Source of the DNA: an uncultured bacterium
GTDB lineage: Bacteria; Zixibacteria; MSB-5A5; CAIYYT01
Assembly (NCBI GenBank): GCA_963726455.1
Contig: CAVSCK010000003.1
Span: 224,001-288,000 of the forward strand
Direction of reading: 5' to 3'
Length of the DNA: 64,000 bases
In this document: piece by piece, positions 20,329 to 30,200 of the stretch
Position numbering within the stretch: position 1 is the first letter of the stretch
Layout of the letters: every line of letters begins with the position of its first letter
The notes under the pieces: generated by a model
Database searches by the model: none
What the model was told of the DNA's origin: nothing
The model's input: the letters and a program-made list of their open reading frames with translations, nothing else
Made by a program: the position numbers and the translations under genes

Positions 20329-20356
20329 ATTCTAACACGATTTTCGATTCTGTCAA
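20329..20356 (-). promoter_or_regulatory. Sigma-70-type promoter of the dockerin gene cluster
   Basis: TTGACA-16 nt-TAGAAT with a TGn extension, followed by a GGAG RBS. Confidence 0.65.
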
Positions 20357-20539
20357 GACCTTCGAGGCGCAAGACTCGGCTAATTCCGTGATTTTCGATG
20401 ACTCGTGACCTGCCTAAACGGTCACCTTCGCCCCTCACCGGCTTGAGTTTTCGGTACCTGCTGACACTATCACCGTAACCCTGACAACAGGTTACAGCGA
20501 AAGCAGTCAGCCGCAAGCGTCGGTCTTTAGCGAATCCTC

Positions 20540-22357
20540 TTATCTTTGTGCTCCTTCTACCTGCTTCTCCAACTGCTCCACTCTTTCCCGCAAAATTCGG
20601 AGCTCTTCCGCATAATTCGTCTGAGGAGCGGTACTCGTCGTCGTTCTCGGCTCACGCTGCTTCAACAACTCCCCAACCGATCCATTCGCAACTTCACCGG
20701 CAGCCAGTGGAGAGACAGTTCCGTATGCGGTGGGAACATACAGCAGGATAAGTTCGGCGCCAATCACCGGAGCGCTCACCGCATCGTATTTCATTCCGAG
20801 CAGGTAGTAGGTATACGACCCGGCTCCCGCGACTTCAAATAAGGCACTGGGTGAAAGGGAACCGCTGTATAGTCCGGTTCCAACGTCGTAACTTGTTCCG
20901 AACGATGTTATCCGGGAAAGGGGAACATCGGTTGTAACATCCGAAATGCCAATGTGCACTGCGTCATAATCAGTATAAGTATGATCATAAGAAAAATAGG
21001 CGTGACCGAGGGCGACAACATAGCCCGGCCCCGGAACCGTAATTTGCCTCGAAACGAGGGTTTGCCAGGTATGAGACAACGACACAATGCCCCCTGCATT
21101 GGCAGCTTTGGCAGACGCCACTCCCGGCTCGTCCGGCAAATTCGCCGCCGACATCAGAGACGGCTTGATCGCACCCGCGTACACGGTATCAGCAATCTGG
21201 ATACTTCCATTGACATGCAGTTTCCGCGTCGGGTTCGTCGTGCCGACTACCCACTTTGCCATCCGCCAGCCAAGTCATCGCTTCGACGCCGGTCTGACTC
21301 CGCAAGTCCAAGCGCTCCATCTAAGCAAGTTGTTGTTGGTATAGTCATCCATCCGCAGATGCCAGGTGTTCTGGGGCGTCTTGAAGCGTATTCCTGTCTC
21401 GCCGAAATTAGTTATGTTCGAAGTCTCAAGCTGAAGGAACGAACGGCCCGACGCCGCTTCGTTCTCAACCTGAAGTCTCTCGTCCGGCAAAGTAGTACCC
21501 ACTCCTACCAACTTGTTCGCGTTGTCGAATTCCAGCCAGTTTCCCTCTACAACGTCGCCGAAATAGATGCTTCCCGTGGTCTTGGCAAAAAGGTCCTCGC
21601 TCTGGAAAGCCATATCGCCTCCGGTATAACCCTTGATGAACGTCGAATCAGTGCCAAAGTAGATACTGGACTGGGCGCTGATGCCGACGTTGCCGCCGAC
21701 ATTCAATTTACCCAGCCGCAGGGGCGTGTTAAGGGCGACTACGTCAGAGGGCGCGGTAAGCTCTACAACAGTTCCGTTGTCTGTCCAGCCGCTCTGAATA
21801 CCCGCGCTGGTGCTGTCATTCGCCGCAGCCCACGCGGAGCCATTCCACTTCATGACTTGACCATTACCCGCCCCATTTTGACCGATATCGACAAACTGAA
21901 TTGTCCCGTTCTGAATCTTCGCACTGGTCACCGAATTGTCGGGCAGTTGCTTCACATAGTTTGCGGTGTCGGATCGCAGTGAGTAGTAGGCGCTGGGCAC
22001 ACTTACCAGCGGCAGCAAGGGGCGCATTTCGCTGTCAAGATCCTTGCGGACTCCCAACCAGCGCATTGATCCTGCGAAAACCAACGCGGGAATCGGCGTC
22101 GACTTACCCAATTGGACACTGAATAGTCCGTTCGTTACCTGGACTGTGGCATGGGACTCAGTCCACAGTGCCGTAGTGCCAATCGAATCGTCGTAGATCG
22201 TGAAAGCCAAAGCGACGATTTCAGTCAATGGGTTCCCGCCCGTGTCTGTCAATCTTCCCTGGTAGTTGATCAACTGCGGCACGGCGCCCACAACGGTCGA
22301 GCACCAGATGGCAAGTATCCCCAACGCAAAAAGCACGGAGATGGTGACTCTTTTCAT
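20540..22357 (-). CDS. Secreted fibre-like protein 2 (frameshifted near 21250-21325)
   Basis: Signal peptide, VPQLINYQGRL N-domain, SVTSAKI, GQVMKWNGSAW, VGVGTT.P repeats, beta-sandwich head and terminal coiled coil ELRILRERVEQLE. ORFs 21275-22357 and 20540-21262 join. Confidence 0.8.
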
Positions 22358-22409
22358 GATGTCCTCCCTATTTCGAATCCGAATCTATCTTCCTGTCTCG
22401 TTTGAGACG

Positions 22410-24282
22410 TTAGTTGCTACCGGTTTCCTCCTCAGGTTCCTGCGGTGGCTGAGGCGACTTGTGCTTGGCAACTGCCTGCTGTTCGATCTTGTAGTCGATG
22501 CCCTGTTCTCGGCTCAATCCGAATGCTTCCGGGTGACGATGCAGCCCCCTGGCTTCGGCTGGTTTGTCCACTTCGACCTGGATGCGGTTGGACTCGGCAT
22601 AATTATCATGTCGAATGCCGGTCACTTGCCACGAAACTTCCACATTCGGCTTGTCGGTCTTGATCGTGAACTGATTGTTCGCAATCTTAGTGGCCACGAT
22701 CGCCTGCGCGAATTCCCCTATGACTGTCAGTTGATAGCGAAAGTCCTTGTTGAGGGCTTCAAAGTAATTGGGCAGCGCTACCACCGCTTGACCACCAGCG
22801 TCTGTGGTAATGTTGCCGCTGTAAATGTTCATCATGTCAGGCGAATCAACCGAACTAAGCTGAAGGTATTTGTTCTGCGGATCAAGCGGGTGATCGATCA
22901 TCGTCTTGCCGGCAGACTTGACGATAGTACCGGTGACATTAACGTCTCCACTGAAATACCCAGCCCAGTTGGCGACCGTGTTGTTGTATGCGGTTCCCCA
23001 AATGCCGTAACCAGTTCCGGTATTGTTCGAAGCAGTTCCGCTAACTGCCCAGGAGTTGTTACCATTGTCATGCGCCCAGGCGTGGACTCCTTGGCCGACC
23101 TCGGTGCTATTCCCGGCCTCCGCATAAAGTCCATAACCGTATGGGTTTCCTGTGGCGTAACCATAAAGAGCATATCCCATGTTGCTGTTTGACGATGCCG
23201 TGCCGTAAACGCCATAACCGTTGACTGCCGACGAGCCCGTACAATACGCGCCGTATGCTGATTCTCCGTCATAACCACCGCCATACAATCCGTACGATGA
23301 TCCGGTGCTCTGCGCCGCCGTTGTCATGTCGGCGTACCCTCTTACCCCGTAACGCGAATTGTTATCTGACTGGCCTCTGCCATAAACGCCGTAGACTATG
23401 CCGCTATTGGCCGAACCGGCAGTCGGAGCGTTGGCAAAGCTGTAGACCCCGTACATTGCTCCCGAACCAATGTTGTTCACGTTCATGTATAGGCCGTAAC
23501 GTATGGACGCCGTGTTATAGTTTCTTTCCGCATGCAGCAGATAAGTCTGCGAGGGAATATCTGCGTTTCCCATGGCTACGCCGTCAATCGTTGAGCGAAA
23601 GGTGCTGTCGCCTACTCGCAGCGTGCCGCGGTGCCAATTGTCCTCCGTAAAGACGTTCGCAAGGTTCCGAGTGGCGGCGCGACCGGCAATTTTCGCCCAG
23701 GAGATATCCGCACTAGCAGAGACATCCGCATCCACAATTTCTCCATCTTTGATGTGGCGCGACAGTACTCCGTCGGCCCCTAGTCGCAGACTGACACTCA
23801 CCCGATGTACCTCCTCCTGCCAGACCGGTGTCGGCAACGACCGCAGTTATGTCGCCTCCACCGCCGGCGCCCGTTAGTGCGTACGCCGCCGTATCGGACT
23901 TGATCGACCGATAAGCGTACGCTGTGCTCACTATGGGACTCAATACGGTCGCTGCCGGCCCGCCCTGCAACTGTACTCCCAGCCAGCGCTTACTCCCGTC
24001 AAAGACGCTTCCGGAAAGTGGCGTGACCGATCCGAGCAGTACCTGAAACAGGCCTTCTTTGATAGCTACACCGGGATGCGTTTCACTCCAGAGATTCGTC
24101 GCACCCAGACTGTCGCTGTAAATCGTGAATACCACAGTCACGGTTGTGTCCAGCGGTGCTCCGACGCCATTGGTCAATCGCCCCTGATAACTGATCACCT
24201 GGGGGACAGTTGCTTCCGCCGCTCCCCAACTAAATGCGATGCAAGCTGCAATCACAATCAACAACACGCTAGCCCTTCTCAT
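22410..24282 (-). CDS. Secreted fibre-like protein 1 (frameshifted near 23770-23840)
   Basis: Signal peptide, VPQVISYQGRL N-domain, GDITAV..GLAGGG, many YG[VL]YG repeats and C-terminal IDHPLDPQNKYL...VSWQVTGIR domain. Confidence 0.8.
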
Positions 24283-24894
24283 GAGTTGACCTCCTAAAGA
24301 CGAATCGGAAAGTATCTGTTGAGAACGGCGCTACGTATCGCCGCGCCCATTTTCTTCTCAGTATTCTGAATCTATCATTTCAATTTGCTTGAAAGGCAGA
24401 AAGACATTTTGTGTAAGCTTCTCTGTCGAGTGTATGTCTAGGATAATTAAGGCATTTGGACAGATTTGTCAATGACAAAATGGCCCGACGGTCTGCACTC
24501 TCGCTTGCTAACGAACCCAAACAACACCAATGTCGTCCTCATTCTGATGCTTTCTTTCTCGGCGGCCGATGTCTTTTCAAACCCGTGGGCGATTTGCGAG
24601 ATTGATTGATGAAGATCTTGGGATGTCATTACCCCAAAGACAATTCGCAGTGTCGTCCTCAAAGACACCAGACTCTGACCGTGGTTATCTTTCCATTTAC
24701 GAAATTCTTGTATAGGTGATAACTTCTCTTTATGAAGCGTCCCGCCAAATCAAATGCCCCCGACCGAACGCAGTTCAAACCATGCGCGTTCCCTTAACAA
24801 GTTACTTGCCCGTCCTAACAAGGGCAAGCATCAAGCGCTAAGCGATTCTCTCCAGGGCTCTAGGCGCCAACATAATCCCACCCTGGCGGGTGAG

Positions 24895-25557
24895 TTACCG
24901 GTTGGCTTCCTCCGCGCGAACATGCCAGTTCGAGTAGAATTGCTTTACGCCCTGATTATCCCAATGTCCTTCACTCTTCCAGCGAGCCTGAGTCCGATAA
25001 CCGGCCAACAATTCGTCCAGATCCGCTTCATCGGAGAAATAGTGAATGTCCCCCGGAGTAATGGACTTCGTGCATCGATAGGTGTGCGGCGCTACCATCT
25101 CATCGAATCCATATTTGCCATCCTGCCGACTAGGACAGGTGAAGAAGAAAATCCCCTGGTGCTTCAGCAGCTTTCGCACTTCTTGAATAGCTCGGGCGAA
25201 CTGCTCGCGCAAACCGTGATAGATGACATTGTAGCTTAACACTATGTCGAAAGACCCTTTGGGCAGGGTTTGGTCAATCAGTTCGCAGACTCGCGTGTCA
25301 ATTGAGAGATGCAACTCGCCGGCCCATTCGTTCAAAAGCCGAATCGCCTCAGACGAGGAGTCTGTCGCCGTTACCGAGAACTGGGCCAAGGCAAAGGCGA
25401 CGGCATGTCGGCCGAGGCCGCAGCCCAAGTCCAGCACTCTCGGGTATTGGATGGGTGATAGGGAGCGGATCAAATCAAGTACTTCCGGCGCCGGTTCCTT
25501 CCACCAGTTCCAGTTATCTTGATTCTTCCAATAGGATTCCCATGCATTCGCAGTCAT
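24895..25557 (-). CDS. Class I SAM-dependent methyltransferase
   Basis: VLDLGCGLGRH and FDIVLSYNVIYH. Confidence 0.9.
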   Translation of the reverse strand: MTANAWESYWKNQDNWNWWKEPAPEVLDLIRSLSPIQYPRVLDLGCGLGRHAVAFALAQFSVTATDSSSEAIRLLNEWAGELHLSIDTRVCELIDQTLPKGSFDIVLSYNVIYHGLREQFARAIQEVRKLLKHQGIFFFTCPSRQDGKYGFDEMVAPHTYRCTKSITPGDIHYFSDEADLDELLAGYRTQARWKSEGHWDNQGVKQFYSNWHVRAEEANR

Positions 25558-25597
25558 CTTCGCTGGTCACTTCTAACTTATTGATCCATAACAAAAA

Positions 25598-25671
25598 TAC
25601 CCCCGACAGGACTCGAACCTGTTACCCTCTGCTTAGAAGGCAGATGCTCTATCCGCATGAGCTACGGGGGC
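25598..25671 (-). tRNA. tRNA-Arg(TCT), CCA not encoded
   Basis: Cloverleaf GCCCCCGTAGCTCATGCGGATAGAGCATCTGCCTTCTAAGCAGAGGGTAACAGGTTCGAGTCCTGTCGGGGGTA. Confidence 0.95.
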
Positions 25672-25828
25672 ATGTCTTACTCGTCGCGATCTCTACCCCA
25701 ATGTCTTGGAGACGATCGCTGATGGAGCGGACGCCAAGGTAGCAGGAAATTTGAGCTTCAGCAAGCGGATTTTCGGAGGTCTCAAGGCCGTCGAAACCGC
25801 CGATCGGACGGGCGGCATCGTGGCCGAA

Positions 25829-26347
25829 TCATTTCTCGATAGCAATCGTGTCGACCAGCGCCGGCTTGGTCGACGGCACGTTACCCACCGTAACATGTGG
25901 GCGAATTTGTTCCAGCGTCTTCTTCCCGATTCCCCTCACCGCGATCAGTTGCCCCACTGAGTCGAACTGGCCGAGCCGCTGGCGCAACTCGACTATTCTC
26001 TGACCGATTATTTGCCCCACTCGCGGCAGCAACATCAGACTGTCTATCGGCGCGGTGTTGATATTCAAAGTTAGCGTTGCCGGCTTGTCCGAAGCGCGTG
26101 CTGTGACGGTACGGCTGTTATTACCTTCAGTCACGGTCTTCTGCGTAAGGTTGTTGATTGGCGCGGCGCCGCTCTTGATAGGCGTCGGCGTCGCCGCCGC
26201 CGATTGGAAAAACAACTCCGGTGGCAGCGTTTGCGTACTGTTCTGATAGAGCAGCACTCCTCCCCCGACCAGTGCCATCAGCAACAAGATCGAAAGCGCG
26301 AAGATTTCGGCGCGGCTGAATTGGAATATTTCTTTCCACTCGTTCAT
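25829..26347 (-). CDS. comEA: ComEA family helix-hairpin-helix DNA-binding protein
   Basis: N-terminal TM, LNINTA..LMLLPRVG...F..V.QL..VRGIGKKT; ATGA overlap with the upstream gene. Confidence 0.88.
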   Translation of the reverse strand: MNEWKEIFQFSRAEIFALSILLLMALVGGGVLLYQNSTQTLPPELFFQSAAATPTPIKSGAAPINNLTQKTVTEGNNSRTVTARASDKPATLTLNINTAPIDSLMLLPRVGQIIGQRIVELRQRLGQFDSVGQLIAVRGIGKKTLEQIRPHVTVGNVPSTKPALVDTIAIEK

Positions 26348-27258
26348 AACGGATCTACCACCAGTGAAAGCATCAACTTGCCGATGCGTGCCAGCGACTC
26401 CGGCGAGCATTTGTCAGGGGTGTCCCCAGTCGTATGCCACCAGGGATAGTCAAAATCAATGATGTCCACGGTCTTGATGGATGCTGCCAGCAGCGGCAGG
26501 TGATCATCATATATCGGCTCCGTCACTCGTGGATCGAATGTTACCGCCATCCCCAGCTTGCCTGCCCGGGCCCATATCTTGTCCACCAGCTTGGGCTCAT
26601 ATCGCACTGAATAATCTTCTTTGTAGAATATCTGATTTTTGTCGCCGACCATGTCCAGAACCACCGCATACTCGTATTTCTTGGCGTCAACACGCCTCGC
26701 AAACTCCTTGGAGCCGAGACAGTAATTGTCCAGATCGCCGGACCTGCCCCAGTCTTCGCCATCCAGAAACACCAGATCCACTCCCCTGGCTGTCTGCTGT
26801 GACGCCAATTGACATGCCAACTGCATGAGCACCGCCACTCCGGATGCTCCATCGTTGGCGCCGGGCAAGGGCTGGTTTCGCTTCGCGGTGTCGGGATCCA
26901 TTTCTGAGCGGGGACGGGAATCCCAGTGCGCACAAAACAGGAGGCGGTCTCCCTTGGAAGGATTAAACCTGCCGATGATGTTCGTCAAACGCAAACTGTC
27001 GCCTCCATAGGGGTCCATCATGGTGAACGCCTGCTTTTCGACATCCACCTTGAGACTATCAAGAACCGCTACGATCATGTTCAACGTTTGTTCATGAGCC
27101 GGTGTCCTGGGAACCCTTGGCCCAAATTGGCATTGTCTGGTCAAGTATCGAAAGGCCGCCTCGCCGTCGAATGCGACCGACTTGTCGCTTGAACTGCTGC
27201 CGGAACCGCACGACAACACCACGAATGCAATTGCTGCGCAGGCCAGGCGTTTGCACAT
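26344..27258 (-). CDS. M28 family lipoprotein, glutaminyl cyclase-like
   Basis: Lipobox VLSC; AHWDSRP, GANDGASG, DGEDWG, LDMVG, DDHLP and WWHT. Confidence 0.85.
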   Translation of the reverse strand: MCKRLACAAIAFVVLSCGSGSSSSDKSVAFDGEAAFRYLTRQCQFGPRVPRTPAHEQTLNMIVAVLDSLKVDVEKQAFTMMDPYGGDSLRLTNIIGRFNPSKGDRLLFCAHWDSRPRSEMDPDTAKRNQPLPGANDGASGVAVLMQLACQLASQQTARGVDLVFLDGEDWGRSGDLDNYCLGSKEFARRVDAKKYEYAVVLDMVGDKNQIFYKEDYSVRYEPKLVDKIWARAGKLGMAVTFDPRVTEPIYDDHLPLLAASIKTVDIIDFDYPWWHTTGDTPDKCSPESLARIGKLMLSLVVDPL

Positions 27259-30200
27259 CAGAAGCGAATTTCCACCGAGAAGGCGAGTTCACGCAAATGG
27301 CTCTTCTTCGCAACTTTAATATCATTCGAATCCTGCCAGCGAGCGCTCATACTTCCCTTTATGTTCGTGGAGAAATTGTAGGTGATGCGCGGTTGTACCG
27401 AAAAATCGGTTCTCTCCGCAGTTACTCCCAACGGTCCGCTCGGACGTTCATCCCTCGTCCGATTCAGGCGTTTGCTTACATCCAGGTCAAACGATAATGC
27501 CGACTGAATCTTCATGGAACCGAACAGCGGCAACCACAACTTGCTGCCACCCCGGAACGAATAGGAAGTCTTGAATCCCAACGTGGTTGAATAATCACGG
27601 ACGCGGCCGTTCACGGCGCCCGAATCGGTGTAGTCCTCCCGTATCGACATGCTCCTGGTATAGTTGACTGACGATTGCAAACCCTGGGCAAACTTCCAAT
27701 CAATCCTTACCGACACCAGAGGTGAGTAGTCGACTCCGGTCACCCGGCTTCTCTTAAGACCGGTTTGCTTTACCACCGACTCGCTGACCTTGCGCGAATA
27801 CTTTGAGTCGACTGTGAATGTGCGCGATATCCACTTCGGAAATATCAAGTAATCCAACTTGCCAAACGAGAAACTGAGATCAGGAAAAGTCGTCGTATTA
27901 TCGGTCGTAGCTTTACCCGTGACGTCCGAAGTGCTAAACGAGTACGAAGTGCCAACCTTGATTCCCATGATCAACTGCACTCCCGAGCGCAACGTGTATC
28001 CGCGTCCCAATGAAGTCTGGTCAATTTGATTGATTCCGCCTCCGGTCGCAATTCGGTCGGCGCCAGGATCGTTCGAAAGACCAAGGCGATACAGGAAGCT
28101 CGGTCTGGCCAGGAACCCGTTCATTGACTGTCGCTGTTCGAAACGGAATGAGCCGGCTATCGGATCAACGCGATCGGTGAAGAAGCGAATGAATTTCAGG
28201 CCGAATGAATAGAACGGTGTTCCTTTGGGTGTACTTTTCTTCTGGCCACTTCTTTCCGCTCCCGGGACGAATCCGGTGCTGTCTGCGCGCCCACCACGTC
28301 CTTTGCCAAGTATCGTTTCTTGCGCGCTCCCCTTCTTTCCTTCACCCTTGACGCCCGTTGTGTCAGACTTGATGCGACTCGTGTCCGGTTTGACAACCGT
28401 CGTATCCTGCTTGCTGTGCGTCGAATCCGGATTGATATGAGAAGTATCGGGCTTGATCGCACTTGAATCGGAGGCCGGTGGAGGCGTCGCCACATGCGAC
28501 GTATCACTAGTCTTCTTTTCCTCCTTGGGAGGGCTCGTCGGCTGCGGCGGCGGGGTCGATGGCGGTGGCGTCCTGTTGGTATCGGCAGGCGGATCGGTGA
28601 CTACCAGAGCGAAAGTCTGTCCCAGATTTACCGGCATATTCAACGACGACCGCTTGCCGCCCTTGGTGCTCGTTGTGTCTCCCGTAGAATCAGGCGCCGG
28701 TTGCTTTGGAGCTTCGGTACCACCTCCGCGCCGCGTTGTATCGATTGAAGGCGCCTTCGTGGTATCTTTGAAGACCGGTTGTTGCAAGAGCGAATCAGGA
28801 AGTTGTTTGGGCTTTTCTCCTTTACCCGGTTCCTTCCGTCCCGTCGTATCCTTGGGCGCACCCTCGATCTTTCCCTTGCGCGTAGACTGGCTCGGCGTAA
28901 CACTCTTCTTTGGCTTGGGCGGATTGGTGCCCAGAAGTTTATGTATATCGAAGGTGGCGCTGGCGTTGAACGCTCTGCTGTTGTCTATACGGCGCGTTCC
29001 GATTTCGCTGAGTACGGTAGATGTCTGAATAAAGTTCTCCGAGTGCGTTACCGAATATCCAAACTTGGTGCCGGTAATGAACGGCAACACCTGGGGAGAA
29101 TAATTCGTCGAGAATCCTTGATTGTATTGTCTTTCCGTGCCCAACTTTGCTTGTCTGGGATCGAAGGAGAATTTCAACAACTGCGGATCGTTCAAATCCC
29201 TGTCGGTTGAGAAGCTGTAGCTGGCATCCAGGCCGGTCAGAGGCGTCAGTGCAGTCTCGAAGCGCCCTTGGAATGTTCTGAGATACCTTTGCGTTGCCGT
29301 ATTGAAGCTATTGATCGTGTTATCCAAAGACCGATTCACCGTGCCGTCGAGAGTCAGTCGAACGGGAACCGGGTTGAATTCCGTACCTAGCACTCGCTTC
29401 GGAATCAAGGGCATCCCTTGAAGCCATGAAAAGATCTTCAGGCCACGCTTGAGCGGACTGGTGACCGCATAGCGGCCCTTCAATGTATATCGCTCTGACG
29501 CCGAATACGGCGTGGTCGGCGAACTTCCAAGCGACTTGTCGTACGAGAAACTAGTGGTCAGGCGGTTCAACAGCGCCCCGTAAACGATATTTCGCGTCTG
29601 CTTGTTCCAGCTTTCTCCTATTTGAAAACGCGTCGAAGTGTTAATCGACTTTTCGGTCTGCACCCGGTTGGCCGGAACCGCAATGTCTGATCCGGTAATC
29701 AATCGCGGCGATGATTCCGACCTTCTCCAGGCGTAACTTATCGGAATATTAGCCCGTTCGGTGGCCGGCAGGAGTTTATCCAACTTGAAGTCCACGCTGT
29801 AGCCGTAAGCAGTGTTGGCACTGCCCGAGCCCAGATCGCGCCTGTCGCTTTGTGTCAAGTTGCGGAAGAACGCATCCTGCTTGAGGTAATCCGCGCGGAA
29901 CGATGCCACATCTCCAAACGTCCAGGTCGTTCCGCCGGCGGCGGCAAGGCCTTTGTCATTGCGAATGTCTGTGGTTCTCATTTCGTCCAGCCACAACTCT
30001 CCGGTCTCCAGTTTCTGGGACTGAGCCGAACTCAAATTGACAACACCCATCGCATAATACTTGATGCGCGTAAGCGTGGGTGCGCCCACCAGTCGATACT
30101 TGGGATGGGCTGGCTGAATTACGTGCGTCGAATCCGTACTGGTGTCCTTCGGGGCCAACTTGAGTTGGGTAATTTCGTCGAAGGTGATGTTAACCGCATT

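Noticed and set aside
20954-23192. Long plus-strand ORFs (342 and 308 aa), and similar antisense ORFs such as 62878-63816
   Set aside because: Shadows of real genes on the opposite strand in GC-rich DNA, with no recognisable motifs.
20540-24282. Prophage tail-fibre region
   Set aside because: Both proteins have Sec signal peptides and no other phage genes are present.
24865-24907. attC-like hairpin (GCCAAC...GTTGGC) at the end of the methyltransferase gene
   Set aside because: About 43 bp is shorter than known attC sites, it is a single copy and there is no integron integrase; more likely an ordinary 3' hairpin.
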